Shown: positions 47,613-58,532, numbered from the stretch's first letter. The stretch is 64,000 nt of DNA from an uncultured Desulfarculus sp. (GCA_963665125.2 CAXXUK010000001.1:928001-992000); one strand, 5' to 3'. Notes: generated from the sequence alone by a model not told the origin. Numbers and translations are program-made.

Positions 47613-50600
47613 ATGGGTAAAAAAGGCATTGATCGCAGGCAATTCCTGAAAAGCACCGCCATAACCGTGGCAGGGGGCGGCATGGCCCTGGGTATGGAGC
47701 CGCTGGTCACCAAGGCGGTGGCCTCCGAAACGCAGCTGCAAAAAGCCCGCAAAACCACCACGATTTGTCCATACTGCGCCGTCGGTTGCGGTCTGTTGGT
47801 TTTTACCGACAGGGACAGCGGCAAGATCATCAACATCGAAGGCGACCCGGACCATCCCATAAACCAGGGCGCGTTGTGCGCCAAGGGCGCAGCCCTATAT
47901 CAATTGGCCGTAAACAACAGCCGCGTGACAAAGGTCCTTCATCGAAAGCCCAAGGACGACAAGTGGCGGGAGGTCAGTTGGGACTGGGCCATGGACCGCA
48001 TCGCCCATTTGACCCAAAAAGACCGCGATGCCTCGTTTGAGCGGATCGACAAAAACGGCCGCACCGTCAATCGCACCACAGCGATCGCCCACGTCGGTTC
48101 CGCCGCTTTGGACAACGAAGAATGCTGGTCCTTGCAGGCCCTGATGCGCTCCTTGGGGCTGGTGTACATCGAACACCAGGCCCGAATATGACACAGCGCA
48201 ACCGTAGCGGCTCTGGCAGAGTCGTTTGGAAGAGGGGCCATGACCAACCATTGGATAGATATCCGTAACTCGGATTGTATCCTGGTCATGGGCTCCAACG
48301 CGGCGGAGAACCACCCCGTATCGTTCAAGTGGGTCACCAAGGCCCAGGAGGCCGGGGCGAAGCTGATCCATGTGGATCCGCGTTTCACCAGGACCTCGGC
48401 CAGGGCCGATATTTACGCACCGCTCAGGCCGGGCACGGACATCGCCTTTTTAGGCGGCATGCTGAACCATATTCTGCAAAACGGCCTGGAGCACCGGGAG
48501 TATCTGGCCAACTACACCAACGCGTCGTTCATTGTGGGGCCGGGCTATTCGTTTCATGACGGCCTTTTCAGCGGTTTCGATCCCCAAAAATGCCGCTATG
48601 ACAAGGGACAGTGGGATTTTGTCCGGGATGAAAACGGGATGCCCCGCCGGGACAAGACCCTGGAAAACCCAGGGTGCGTATACCAGGTAATGAAGCAGCA
48701 CTACAGCCGCTATTCGCCCGAGGTCGTCTCCCGCATCACCGGCACATCGGAAAAGGATCTGCTCAAGGTCTGGCGGGCCTACGGCTCAAGCGGCGCCAGG
48801 GACAAAACAGGCACGATAATGTACGCTATGGGTTGGACCCAACACACCGTGGGCGTGCAGACGATCCGCCTGATGTCCATGATTCAACTCGTTTTGGGCA
48901 ACATCGGCAGGCCCGGCGGCGGGGTCAACGCCCTGCGCGGCGAAAGCAACGTCCAGGGTTCCACGGACCACGCGATCCTATATCATATCCTGCCCGGATA
49001 CTTGCAGACGCCAAAGGCCGACCTGGCCAACCTGGAAGAATATTGCAAGCGCTTTACACCCAAGGCCAACGATCCACAGTCGGCCAACTGGTGGCAAAAC
49101 AAGCCCAAGTACATGGTCAGCTATCTAAAGGCCGTGTATGGCGACGCAGCCGATGAGCAAAACCAGTGGGGCTACGATTGGCTGCCCAAGACCGAACCGG
49201 GCCGCGGCCATACCTGGGTCGAACTGTTCGAAGACATGCACCGGGGCAAGATCAAGGGGTTCTTTGCCTGGGGCCAGAATCCGGCCTGTTCCGGGGCGGA
49301 TGCCGGACGGGTGCGGGAATCGCTGGCCAAGCTGGACTGGCTGGTCACCGTGAACCTGTTTGACAATGAGACAAGCTCGTTCTGGCACGGTCCCGGCGTT
49401 GACCCGGCCACGATAGACACCGAGGTGTTTTTACTGCCCGCTGCGGTGAGTGTGGAAAAAGAGGGCTCGATAACCAACTCGGGCCGTTGGATGCAGTGGC
49501 GCTACAAGGCCGCCGAGCCGCCTGGCCAATGCCGCCCGGACGGCGATATCGTCGTGGACCTGCACAGGCGCCTTAAGGCGCTTTACGGCAAGGGCGGCGT
49601 GTTCGGTGAGCCGGTTTTGAATTTGCGCCTGGACGGAGACAAAGACGGCAGATTCGACGCGGCGGCGGCGGCAAAGCAGATAAACGGCCGCTTTGAGCGT
49701 GACGCAGTAGTAAAAGGAAAAAAATTCAAAAAGGGCGATCAGGCGCCGTCGTTCGCCTATCTCACCGGCGACGGGGCAACGTCTTCTGGTAATTGGCTCT
49801 ACTGCGGCTCATACACCAATGACGGCAACATGGCCGCCCGGCGCGATCCGGCTGACCCGACAGGCATGGGCATGCATCACGGCTGGGCCTGGTGCTGGCC
49901 GGTCAACAGGCGCATCCTCTACAACCGGGCGTCGGTGGATTTAAACGGCAAGGCCTGGTCGCCGGGGAAAAATATCCTTGAGTGGAAGCAGGGCAAATGG
50001 GTGGGCGACGTGCCGGACGGAGGCTGGCCGCCCATGCTGGTGGACCCGGCCAAGACCCGGCTGCCGTTCATCATGAAGCCCGACGGTGTGGGCTCGGTAT
50101 TCGGGCCGGGGCTCAAGGACGGGCCCATGCCAGAGCACTATGAGCCCATGGAATGTCCTGTGGCGGTGAATTTGTTGTCGAGCCAATTGACCAATCCGGC
50201 CGTGGTAACCGGTCAATTTTGCCAGGCCCGCCTGGCGACCTGCGACCCCAGGTTCCCCATCGTCGCCACCACCTACCGGGTTACCGAACACTGGCAAACC
50301 GGCGTTATGACCCGCTGGCAGCCGTGGCTGCTGGAGATGCAGCCCCAATTGTTCGTGGAGATGAGCCACGAACTGGCCCGCGAGCAGGGCATCAAAAACG
50401 GCGGCATTTGCCGCATAAGCTCCATCCGCGGAAGCCTGGAGGCCGTGGCCATTGTGACCCCTCGCCTGCGGCCCATGATGATAGAGGGGCAGACCGTGCA
50501 TTTCGTGGGCCTGCCCTGGTGCTACGGCTGGGTGCAGCCTAAGGGCGGCGGCGATTCGGCCAACCTGCTCACGCCGTCGGCCGGTGACCCCAACACCAAA

Positions 50601-50654
50601 ATACCGGAAACCAAGGCCTTCATGGTCAATGTTGAGCGCGTGGAAAGAGGCTGA
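47613..50654 (+). CDS. fdnG: Periplasmic Mo/W formate dehydrogenase alpha subunit, selenocysteine-containing
   Basis: Tat signal DRRQFLK and CPYCAVGCG. The in-frame TGA at 48189-48191 sits in HQARI-U-HS and joins ORFs 47607..48191 and 48240..50654. LRGESNVQG motif. Confidence 0.95.
48207..48225 (+). promoter_or_regulatory. Bacterial SECIS hairpin
   Basis: GCGGCTCT-GGC-AGAGTCGT stem-loop starting about 16 nt after the UGA. Confidence 0.75.
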
Positions 50655-50656
50655 TC

Positions 50657-51319
50657 ATGGGCGGCAAGTATTTTTTGGTGGATACAACCAGGTGCACGGC
50701 ATGCCGGGGATGCCAGGCGGCCTGCAAACAGTGGAACAAGCTGCCCGCCGACAAAACCAAACAGCGCGGCAGTTACCAGAATCCCAAGGACCTGGGGCCC
50801 CATGATTGGCGCCTGGTTCGTTTCGCCGAGCACAACGGCCGCCGCTCGGGTTTGCGGTGGCTGTTTTTCAGCGATGCCTGCCGGCACTGCCTGGAGCCGT
50901 TTTGCAAGGAAGAGGCCGAAGAGTACGTACCGGATGCGGTGCGGATAGACCCGGCAACCGGAGCGGTGATCTTTACGGCAAAAAGCAGCAAACTTGCCGA
51001 TCACTTCTCAGACGTGCGCGATGCCTGCCCGTACAACATTCCCCGCAGGACCAAGGATGGCGGCAGGGTGTATAAGTGCACCATGTGCCTGGACAGGGTC
51101 CACGAGGGCCTGCAACCGGCCTGCGTGGCGGCCTGCCCCACCGGTGCGCTCGTGTTCGGCGACAAGGCCGAGATAAGCCGCCTGGCCGATGAGCGGCTGG
51201 ACCAGGCCCGGCAGCGCTACGGCCGGGGCGAAATTGTCGACCGGGATGACGTTCGCGTTTGGTATCTGGTCCTCTACGACCCAGGTGTATACGGTTCGGG
51301 CGCTCTGCCTATTGACTAG
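50657..51319 (+). CDS. Formate dehydrogenase FeS beta subunit (FdhB/FdnH-like)
   Basis: CTACRGCQAACKQWN, CRHCLEPFC and KCTMCLDRV...PACVAACPTG motifs. Confidence 0.92.
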   Translation: MGGKYFLVDTTRCTACRGCQAACKQWNKLPADKTKQRGSYQNPKDLGPHDWRLVRFAEHNGRRSGLRWLFFSDACRHCLEPFCKEEAEEYVPDAVRIDPATGAVIFTAKSSKLADHFSDVRDACPYNIPRRTKDGGRVYKCTMCLDRVHEGLQPACVAACPTGALVFGDKAEISRLADERLDQARQRYGRGEIVDRDDVRVWYLVLYDPGVYGSGALPID

Positions 51320-52565
51320 CGGACCGGGCGGCGTCGATCTCCTCCAACAAGGCCTCGATGCGTAAAAAAGCGGCGTCTTCGCTGTATTTGCGGCTGTCTG
51401 CGTGATCCACGTCGATCATCACCGTGGGTACTCCTGTCTGGCGGCGGATCAGCTCCTTTTGGTCCATCTGCATCACCGAATAGACCTTGCAACTGCGGTT
51501 GCTGGCAAAGATCACACCGTCGATGTCGTTTTGTTCAATGAGCTTCTTCATGCCGTTCAGCCGCAGGTTCAGGCCGTGGGGGCACATGGAGAAGTTCTGG
51601 ACCCTGGCCAGAGTGCGTAGCGGGTCTTCGTCCATGGAAAAGTCGTGCAGGGCGATATCTCCCTCCAGGGAGCCCAGGCAGGAGGTATAGGTGGCGCAGG
51701 TGATGTTGGCGTCCATTTCCCGCAAACGCGAGCTCATGGCGCTCATCTGATGCCAGGGAGCGATGTTGTCCCACAGCAGGCGGTAGCGTTCCTTGGGCAC
51801 GGGGACCTGGCCGTCGGCTATTTGCTGCTCGGCCTCATCGCAGACCAGGGCCAAATGCTCGGCCAATTCCTTGCTGCCCCGCCAACTGGTGATGAACGGC
51901 GCCATGTGGGCGAATGTGTCGAATGCCGTTATGCCCGCTGGTTTGCCGGCGGCCAGGCCCAGGAAGCGCTTCCACAGGCTGTTTATCTGGCGGGAATACT
52001 CCAGGGACTGCCTGACCTTGTCCATGTCAAAGACTTGCCCCGTTGCATCTTCGATAAAGCGGATCATTTCCTTGTACTGGTCCACGATATAGAGCAGGTC
52101 TTTTTCCTTTTGCGGCTCGTAGCAAAAGGGGATGTCCAGCACAAAGTGCCTGGCTCCGGTCATGCGCTGGTGCACCTCGAACCACTTGACCAAAAGTGAG
52201 CAGTTGTTGTTGTTGCTGATCAGGATGTCGGGCTTTGGCATGCCCATGGTCGGCGAACCCTGGCCGCCTTGAAAAGCCGTGCCCAGATCGATGCGGGCAT
52301 AGGAGCACAGGTCCATGGAATAGCCTTGCTGCTCGGCGGCTTCGCATTGCCGGGGCCCCACGCCCTTGGCCGCGCAGGCCGCCGCATGGTTTTCCGGCAC
52401 GCAGATCACCAGGTCAAAGCCCTTGAGGATCTCGATGGGCACGATAATGGCTATCCAGACAACGGGCACGCCTTTGGCCGCCCGCTGGTGCATGTCCATG
52501 TACTCCCGGGCCATTAGTTTGCTCAGGTTTTTCGACGCCTCGGGCAGCATCCTGGTATTGGCCAT
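51309..52565 (-). CDS. 2-hydroxyacyl-CoA dehydratase/benzoyl-CoA reductase family subunit (HgdA-like)
   Basis: PENHAA, DLCSYA, NNCS...KWF, NRSCK and RIEALLE motifs. Confidence 0.88.
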   Translation of the reverse strand: MANTRMLPEASKNLSKLMAREYMDMHQRAAKGVPVVWIAIIVPIEILKGFDLVICVPENHAAACAAKGVGPRQCEAAEQQGYSMDLCSYARIDLGTAFQGGQGSPTMGMPKPDILISNNNNCSLLVKWFEVHQRMTGARHFVLDIPFCYEPQKEKDLLYIVDQYKEMIRFIEDATGQVFDMDKVRQSLEYSRQINSLWKRFLGLAAGKPAGITAFDTFAHMAPFITSWRGSKELAEHLALVCDEAEQQIADGQVPVPKERYRLLWDNIAPWHQMSAMSSRLREMDANITCATYTSCLGSLEGDIALHDFSMDEDPLRTLARVQNFSMCPHGLNLRLNGMKKLIEQNDIDGVIFASNRSCKVYSVMQMDQKELIRRQTGVPTVMIDVDHADSRKYSEDAAFLRIEALLEEIDAARSASQ

Positions 52566-52577
52566 GATTGCCTCCTG

Positions 52578-53669
52578 TTATTGGCCCAGCAGTTCGGCAA
52601 AGGCCTCGATCCTGGTGCGGAAGGCCCCCACGTTATCCCTGTCGTGCATGGCTATTTCCAGCACCAGGCTGGGTATGTTCATTTCGCCAAGGGCCTTTTG
52701 CATCAGCGGAAATTCAAAATATTCGTATTCGCAAAATTTTTCGGCCACGAAAATTACGCCGTCCACTCTGCTGTCGGTGGCAGCCCTGGGTAGGGATGCG
52801 TGGCGGGCTTCGCCGCTGTAGAGCAGGGTGGAGCAGGGTGGATGGTCAAAGTAGAACTGTTGGTAATAATCCGCCGCCGAATCAAAGCCCTCCGGCGTGT
52901 ATTCGATTGAACGGCCCAGGCTGGCGATGTCGTTGGCCGCGACCCTAAGGCCGGCCTGTTCGATGAGCTCCATGATCGGGCCGGGCGGCGGCATAATGCC
53001 GCTGAGCATGACTTTGGGTCCTGAGGCTTTTGCCTCCTCGCCCGCCGAGTCCAACAATTCCTGAAGCATGGCCCGCTGCTGTTCGATGGGGCTGAGCCAG
53101 GCAGTGTTAATGGTCCTGGTATAGTCGGCGAAACGTAGGCGTCCCTGGGCGGCTGCCTGCTGGATGCCCTGGGCCAGGCCGCGAACGGCGCGGTATTGTT
53201 CCACAGTGGCCCTGAAGGCCTGATCCGAGTATGAAACGGCGTATTCCGCTTCCAGGCGCTGGATCAGGTTTTCGACCTCCCGGGCCAGATAGCCCTGGAC
53301 AAATTCACCCTGGGGCACGGTTTGGGGTACGTGGATGCGGAATATGGGTAGGCTGGGGCGGACAAGTTGAAGCAGTTCCGGCAGGTTGCGCAGGGTGTCG
53401 CAGGCGTTGTACATGAACAGGCCGTCGAATACCTCTCCAGCGGAGCCGGCAACGGCTTCGGCAAGTCTGCGGCCCACTGAACAGGCATACTGCTGCACGT
53501 GCAGGTCCGCGTTGGGCGTTTCTGGAAGCCAGCGCCCCAGACTCCATAGCACCACGGGCGTCAGGCCCAGGCTGGATAGGAGTTCCAGGGGCGGATAAAG
53601 GGGAAAGCATCCTATCAAGGGTCTTCCCGCTTGCCTTGAATTGGTCAGTATCGACGAGATGGTGTTCAT
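52578..53669 (-). CDS. 2-hydroxyacyl-CoA dehydratase family subunit (HgdB-like)
   Basis: YPPLEL, YACS, ACDTLRN, KFCE and RTRIEAFAE motifs. Start at MNTISS. Confidence 0.88.
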   Translation of the reverse strand: MNTISSILTNSRQAGRPLIGCFPLYPPLELLSSLGLTPVVLWSLGRWLPETPNADLHVQQYACSVGRRLAEAVAGSAGEVFDGLFMYNACDTLRNLPELLQLVRPSLPIFRIHVPQTVPQGEFVQGYLAREVENLIQRLEAEYAVSYSDQAFRATVEQYRAVRGLAQGIQQAAAQGRLRFADYTRTINTAWLSPIEQQRAMLQELLDSAGEEAKASGPKVMLSGIMPPPGPIMELIEQAGLRVAANDIASLGRSIEYTPEGFDSAADYYQQFYFDHPPCSTLLYSGEARHASLPRAATDSRVDGVIFVAEKFCEYEYFEFPLMQKALGEMNIPSLVLEIAMHDRDNVGAFRTRIEAFAELLGQ

Positions 53670-53715
53670 GTGTGAAGGCCGATCGCTATGATGATTTGTA
53701 TAAATAACGATTAGA

Positions 53716-53744
53716 ATATAAATATAACGATCGTTATATGTCAA
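53716..53744 (-). promoter_or_regulatory. sigma70 promoter with perfect 18-bp palindromic operator
   Basis: Minus strand TTGACA, 18 bp, TATATT. ATATAACGATCGTTATAT (53722-53739) fills the spacer. Confidence 0.75.
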
Positions 53745-53777
53745 GCCGTAAGAACAGTTCCGCAAGTGATGCGCGGA

Positions 53778-54359
53778 TTACTTGATGGCCAGACGAATGA
53801 GTTGCTTGAAGGCTTCGCCGATCTGCTGGGAGTCGTATTGTTCGCTGCTCAGCGACGATAATATGCCCGTACCGATGCTCATGGCGATGACCATTGCCGG
53901 GATGGCCTGGCCGATGCGGCAATTGGGTTTGCCCTGGCCTTTGACGATATTGGAGACATACGAGGTCAGGTTGTTGAAGAACCGGACCATGACGTTGGTT
54001 ATTTCCGGGTTGCTGTTGGCCTGGCCCAGATAGTTCATCATCACGATCTGAAAATCAGGGTTGTCCTGGGGTACGGCCTGGGCCTTTTCAATATAGCTCA
54101 TCAGCTTGCGGCCAGGGTCCTCTATGGGGTCGACTTCATCCATGACCTGTTCATAGGACTTGCGGAAGGCATCGACAATAACCTGCAAAAGGATGTCTTC
54201 CTTGTTCTTGAAATAGTGATAGATAACGCCCGTGCTTACTCCGGCCTCCCTGGCGATGTCCTTGACCGAGAGGTTGGCAAAGCCTTTTTCCACGATGCAG
54301 CGCTTGGTGGCGTCCACCACCTGCTTGGTGCGGATTTCTTTGATTAGTGAATTGGCCAT
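53778..54359 (-). CDS. TetR/AcrR family regulator
   Basis: GFANLSVKDIAREAGVSTGVIYHYFKNKEDI HTH. Confidence 0.95.
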   Translation of the reverse strand: MANSLIKEIRTKQVVDATKRCIVEKGFANLSVKDIAREAGVSTGVIYHYFKNKEDILLQVIVDAFRKSYEQVMDEVDPIEDPGRKLMSYIEKAQAVPQDNPDFQIVMMNYLGQANSNPEITNVMVRFFNNLTSYVSNIVKGQGKPNCRIGQAIPAMVIAMSIGTGILSSLSSEQYDSQQIGEAFKQLIRLAIK

Positions 54360-54439
54360 GGCTCCATAGTGCTGATTATAAATTAATAACAGTCATTCAA
54401 TAATTTACCGGTCCGTGGCCCGCGGTCAAGTTTTTTGGG

Positions 54440-55270
54440 CTATATCCGCTGAACCAGCCACTGGCACAGGTCGGAAAGCACCTGTTCTTTTTCCAGTTCA
54501 TTGAATATCTCATGACGCAGTCCGGAGTAAGGCACCAGCTTGCGGTCTTCCACGGTGCAAGCGGCAAAGAAATCTTCCGAACCGCTTGGCGAAACAAGTT
54601 TGTCGTCAGTGCCGTACATCAAAAGCAGGCTATCGGTCTTGAGCTTGGCCGCGTTGGCCAGGCAGTCTAGCTGAGCCTTGGATGATTCGGTGAATAAACG
54701 GCTGGTGCCGCCCTTGAGCACCAGGGGGTCGTCCACGTAGGCCTGGTTCAGGACCGGGTCCTTGGTCAGGGTGTTTTCATCAACAGGATTGGGGATAAGC
54801 AGTTTCGGCGCTAGATAGGACAATAGCCTGGCCATGAATATCTTTGCCGCGGGCAGGGCCTGGCCCGCCCTCAGATAAGGACCGGACAGGGTTATGATCT
54901 TGAACGGGTGCCGTCGGTTGACGGCGTAGGATACGGCCTGCAAACCGCCCATACTGTGGGAGATGAGCACCGTGGGCTCCATGCCCAGCACCTCGCCTGC
55001 CTTGGCCACGGCCAAATCAATGTCGTCGAGGTATTCTTCCCATTTCATGATGCCGCCGCGGATGCCCTGGGACCGGCCGTGGCCGCGCTGGTCATAGATA
55101 AAGGTGGCCAGCCCGATGTCGTTTAGCTTTTGGCAAACATGGTCATATCTGCCGTAATGTTCACCAAAACCGTGCAGGATGAGGGCGGCGGCCTTGGGGC
55201 TTTCGGGCACCGTGCTCGATGCCTTTAATTGAAACCCGTCTTTGGTCTGGAAGGTATGTTCCCCACTCAT
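54440..55270 (-). CDS. Alpha/beta hydrolase (lysophospholipase/monoacylglycerol lipase-like)
   Basis: HGFGEH.GRY, DQRGHG, SHSMGG and RHEIFNE motifs. Confidence 0.9.
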   Translation of the reverse strand: MSGEHTFQTKDGFQLKASSTVPESPKAAALILHGFGEHYGRYDHVCQKLNDIGLATFIYDQRGHGRSQGIRGGIMKWEEYLDDIDLAVAKAGEVLGMEPTVLISHSMGGLQAVSYAVNRRHPFKIITLSGPYLRAGQALPAAKIFMARLLSYLAPKLLIPNPVDENTLTKDPVLNQAYVDDPLVLKGGTSRLFTESSKAQLDCLANAAKLKTDSLLLMYGTDDKLVSPSGSEDFFAACTVEDRKLVPYSGLRHEIFNELEKEQVLSDLCQWLVQRI

Positions 55271-55338
55271 GGCGGCCTCCTTGGTAAATGGCGTCTAACG
55301 CATCAAAAACACGGTACAACATACCACCATGAGCCATG

Positions 55339-55371
55339 AAAAAGAAACCCCCGGGCCGAAGCCCGGGGGGT
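55339..55371 (-). terminator. Intrinsic terminator
   Basis: CCCCCGGGC-N4-GCCCGGGGG with a U-tail on the minus strand. Confidence 0.7.
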
Positions 55372-55395
55372 GATTGCTTTAGATTAGCCTAAAGG

Positions 55396-56538
55396 CTAGA
55401 TGCACTCGGCCAGAACCTCGGCGATGTCCATGACCTGGAGCTTGTCGTCGACGTTTTCGGTCTTGGTGGAGTCGACGAACATGTTGATGCAGTAGGGGCA
55501 GCCCATGGCCACGACCTCGGCACCCTTTTCCACGGCCTCGCGCACCTTGTGGGTGCTGAAACGCTGCTCGGGGTCGGCTTCCATCCACAGACGGCCACCA
55601 CCGCCGCCGCAGCAGACGGCCAGACCCTTGTTGCGGTTGAATTCCATGACCTCGGCGCCAGCTGCCGCCAACAGGTCGCGGGGCTGCTCGTACACGCCGC
55701 AGTGACGGCCCAGGTAGCAGGGATCGTGGTAGATGATCTTCTTGGCCATCTTGGGATCAATCTTCAGCTTGCCTTCGTCAACCAGCTGCTTGAGAAGCTC
55801 GGTGTAGTGCATGACCTCGAACTCGCCGCCGAACTCGGGGTATTCCTGGCTGAAGGTCATGTAGCAGTGAGGGCTGGTGGTGATGATCTTCTTGACGCCC
55901 TTGTCGTTGAACAGGTTGATGTTCTTCTCGGCCAGGCTCATGAACTGCTCTTCGTCGCCCATCTTGCGCAGGGACTCGCCGCAGCAGCTTTCCTCGTTGC
56001 CGATGATGCCGTAGCTGACGCCGGCGGCGTTGAGCACCTTTACAAGGGCCTTGGCGATTGAGATGGCCCGGGGGTCATAGGCGCTGGTGCAGCAAACGCT
56101 GAGGAAGTACTCGGTGCCTTCTTCAAAGCGGGGCACGTCCAAGCCGGCGGTCCACTTTTCGCGGTCATCGCGCTGGCCGGACCAGGGGTTGCCCTGGCTG
56201 TGGATGGAGCCCATGATGGTGCGCAGGCTGGACGGGGCGGCGCCGGTCTCGGCGATCATGGCGCGCATGGCGCGGACGGTGTCGATGATGCCGACCTCGC
56301 GGGGGCAGTTTTCCACGCAAAGTTTACAAGTGGTGCAGGCATAAAGAATGTCGTCGGATTCGAAACCTTCCAGGCCCATCTGGGCCATGCGCATAAGTTT
56401 GCGGGTGCGGAACTCGGAACCGACGGAAGGCCAGGGGCACAGGCCGGAGCACAGGCCGCACTGCATGCACTGGGTCAGGGTTTCACCACCCATCGCAGCG
56501 ATGGCTTCGGCGACTTCGAGGAACGGCGTTGCGGTCAT
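55396..56538 (-). CDS. HdrD/GlpC-like FeS oxidoreductase (2x[4Fe-4S] + CCG domains)
   Basis: CMQCGLCSGLCP, CTTCKLCVENCP, ESCCG, YHDPCYLGR and CCGGGG motifs. Confidence 0.9.
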   Translation of the reverse strand: MTATPFLEVAEAIAAMGGETLTQCMQCGLCSGLCPWPSVGSEFRTRKLMRMAQMGLEGFESDDILYACTTCKLCVENCPREVGIIDTVRAMRAMIAETGAAPSSLRTIMGSIHSQGNPWSGQRDDREKWTAGLDVPRFEEGTEYFLSVCCTSAYDPRAISIAKALVKVLNAAGVSYGIIGNEESCCGESLRKMGDEEQFMSLAEKNINLFNDKGVKKIITTSPHCYMTFSQEYPEFGGEFEVMHYTELLKQLVDEGKLKIDPKMAKKIIYHDPCYLGRHCGVYEQPRDLLAAAGAEVMEFNRNKGLAVCCGGGGGRLWMEADPEQRFSTHKVREAVEKGAEVVAMGCPYCINMFVDSTKTENVDDKLQVMDIAEVLAECI

Positions 56539-56881
56539 GTTCCTTAAACTCCTTAGCTGAAGGACAACAGAAAATATTAAACACGCCCGGCGCAAAAAAA
56601 CACCGCACGCGTGCTTCTACTCCATGAGACTATCGGAACTTGAATATCAGGAACAGGTAGCCATGTCAAGTTGCTAGTTACTTTTGGCACTAGTAGCATG
56701 GCTAAAAGTTACATGCGGGCCTTTTGGGGATTTGGCATGGCGATGTACGCCATGGCCCGGAGAGATTAGCGGTTTCTGTATCTTTGCAGCAACATTGTAT
56801 AATTCGCTGGGTTTTGCGTGGTTAGGCGGCTATATGTACGGAAAGCCGCCCGAAGCGTGTCCGGGCGGCTTTGTCGCGGTG

Positions 56882-57355
56882 TTATTTTATTGAAAGCTCC
56901 TGTGGCTTGTGCCGGGGCACGAACAGAGCGATCAGGCCCGTGAACATGAAGACCATGCCGCCCATCATGTGGCTCAGATCCAGGACGACCATCAGCGGGG
57001 GTGAAACAAAGACGCCCATGTTGCGGATGACTTTGCCGATGCCGGTGATCAGCAGCAATGCCAGCAGTAGCCAGCCCCACCAGGAACGCGGGCCCCAGGA
57101 CCAGCCGCTAATGCCGGCGCGGGTGTCCAGGGTCAGCCGCCAGAAATACATGAATATCAGTAAGGCCGCCGCGATGTAGTGGATGTCGCTGGTTGCATAA
57201 AAGTCAGCCGCCCAGGCCATGCCCGGCAGATCGGCCAGATAATAACGCTTCATGATGGGCATCTGGGCAAACCCGCTGAAAACGGCCGCAACGATGGTCA
57301 CGATATAGAGCAGCTTGACGCCGCCGCCGCCCGGGGAGTATTGCGCGTTTTTCAT
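56882..57355 (-). CDS. Small 4-TM membrane subunit (cytochrome b-like) of an FeS complex
   Basis: SGFAQMPI.KRYY motif, His in TM helices (IHY, SHM) and ATGA coupling to the FeS gene. Confidence 0.7.
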   Translation of the reverse strand: MKNAQYSPGGGGVKLLYIVTIVAAVFSGFAQMPIMKRYYLADLPGMAWAADFYATSDIHYIAAALLIFMYFWRLTLDTRAGISGWSWGPRSWWGWLLLALLLITGIGKVIRNMGVFVSPPLMVVLDLSHMMGGMVFMFTGLIALFVPRHKPQELSIK

Positions 57356-58476
57356 TTGTCACCTCCCTTGCCCGATCCGCCTTTGGCCAGGAACTTGCCC
57401 AGTCCGGCGGCAATGCCCGCGATGGGGGCGATCATCAGGGCCAGGGTGAGGTTTTTTTCGCTGGCCATGGAGTCGGCAACCGGAGCCATGGATGGTCTGC
57501 CGAAGCGGGCCAGGTTACCGCCGAGCTTCTTGCCAGCGCCTTGTCCTTGGCCCCGGCCTTGGCCGCCGGACCTGGTGATGGGCGGCATGCCCGAGAGCAT
57601 GTCTTCCTTGGCCTGCTCCTGGTGCTGGGCCACCATGGCCTGATTAACTTCATTGAAGGGAACCGGCGAGACGTAGAGCGTGTTGGTTCCGCCGTTTTCT
57701 TCCAGGCCGTAGATGTATTCGCCCCACTTATCAGGGCTTGCGCCGTCCTTTTGGGCCATTTCCCTGGCCAGAGCCTCGGCCTTGGCCACCATCTCGGTCC
57801 TGGGGCCTATGCTCTGCACCTTTTCCGGGCATACCTCGATGCAGCGGGGCAGTTGCCCCTTTTCGACCAGGGGCATGCAGCGGTGGCACTTGAACATGGC
57901 GCCGTTGCCCGCGTATTCGGGAAGAATATCCAGATACAGGCCCACTCCGCTCTGACGCTGGGGGACGTCCCACGGGCAAACCTGCTTGCATTTGGCTCCG
58001 CCCAGGCATATGTCGGGGTCGATGCGGACAATGCCGTTAGATTCAACACGGCCAGCGCCGAAGGGGCACAGGTTGGTGCAGGGCGGATTCTGGCAATGCA
58101 TGCAGCGCCGGGGAACGTTGAGTTCCACTTCCTGGCCCTTGTGGTTAACGGCCAGCATGTCAACATACAGGAAGTTGTAGGGTGTTAGCCTGTCCTGGAC
58201 ATCCTTGTGCTTGGACCAGTCTTCGATGGGCACGCGATCCGGAAAAGACTTGGGCATGGGACCGGTCGGGTTCGGCACGGTGGATTGCCATTGTTCGCGG
58301 CAGGCCTCCACGCAGGCCTCGCAGCCGATGCACTTGCTCAGGTCCAGCAGAGTGCAAAGCTCCCGACCGCCCGAGGCCATGACGGCTTGGGGAAGGGCCA
58401 CGCTGGATGCGGCGGCGCCGGCGGCAGCGGCAAGGCCTGATTTTAAAAAGCCCCGTCTTGATATGTGTTTGGACAT
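57352..58476 (-). CDS. Tat-exported 4Fe-4S dicluster protein (HybA/NrfC-like) with C-terminal anchor
   Basis: SRRGFLK, CIGCEACVEAC, CMHCQNPPC, KCHRC and YIYG..ENGGT motifs. Confidence 0.88.
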   Translation of the reverse strand: MSKHISRRGFLKSGLAAAAGAAASSVALPQAVMASGGRELCTLLDLSKCIGCEACVEACREQWQSTVPNPTGPMPKSFPDRVPIEDWSKHKDVQDRLTPYNFLYVDMLAVNHKGQEVELNVPRRCMHCQNPPCTNLCPFGAGRVESNGIVRIDPDICLGGAKCKQVCPWDVPQRQSGVGLYLDILPEYAGNGAMFKCHRCMPLVEKGQLPRCIEVCPEKVQSIGPRTEMVAKAEALAREMAQKDGASPDKWGEYIYGLEENGGTNTLYVSPVPFNEVNQAMVAQHQEQAKEDMLSGMPPITRSGGQGRGQGQGAGKKLGGNLARFGRPSMAPVADSMASEKNLTLALMIAPIAGIAAGLGKFLAKGGSGKGGDK

Positions 58477-58532
58477 TTACTTGCTCCTGGACAACAGCAT
58501 TTAAAACCTATTCGAGCTTGTATGTGAGTTAT

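Noticed and set aside
47607..48239. FDH alpha as a pseudogene or two separate genes
   Set aside because: The TGA sits at the conserved Sec position, is in frame and is followed by a SECIS-like hairpin.
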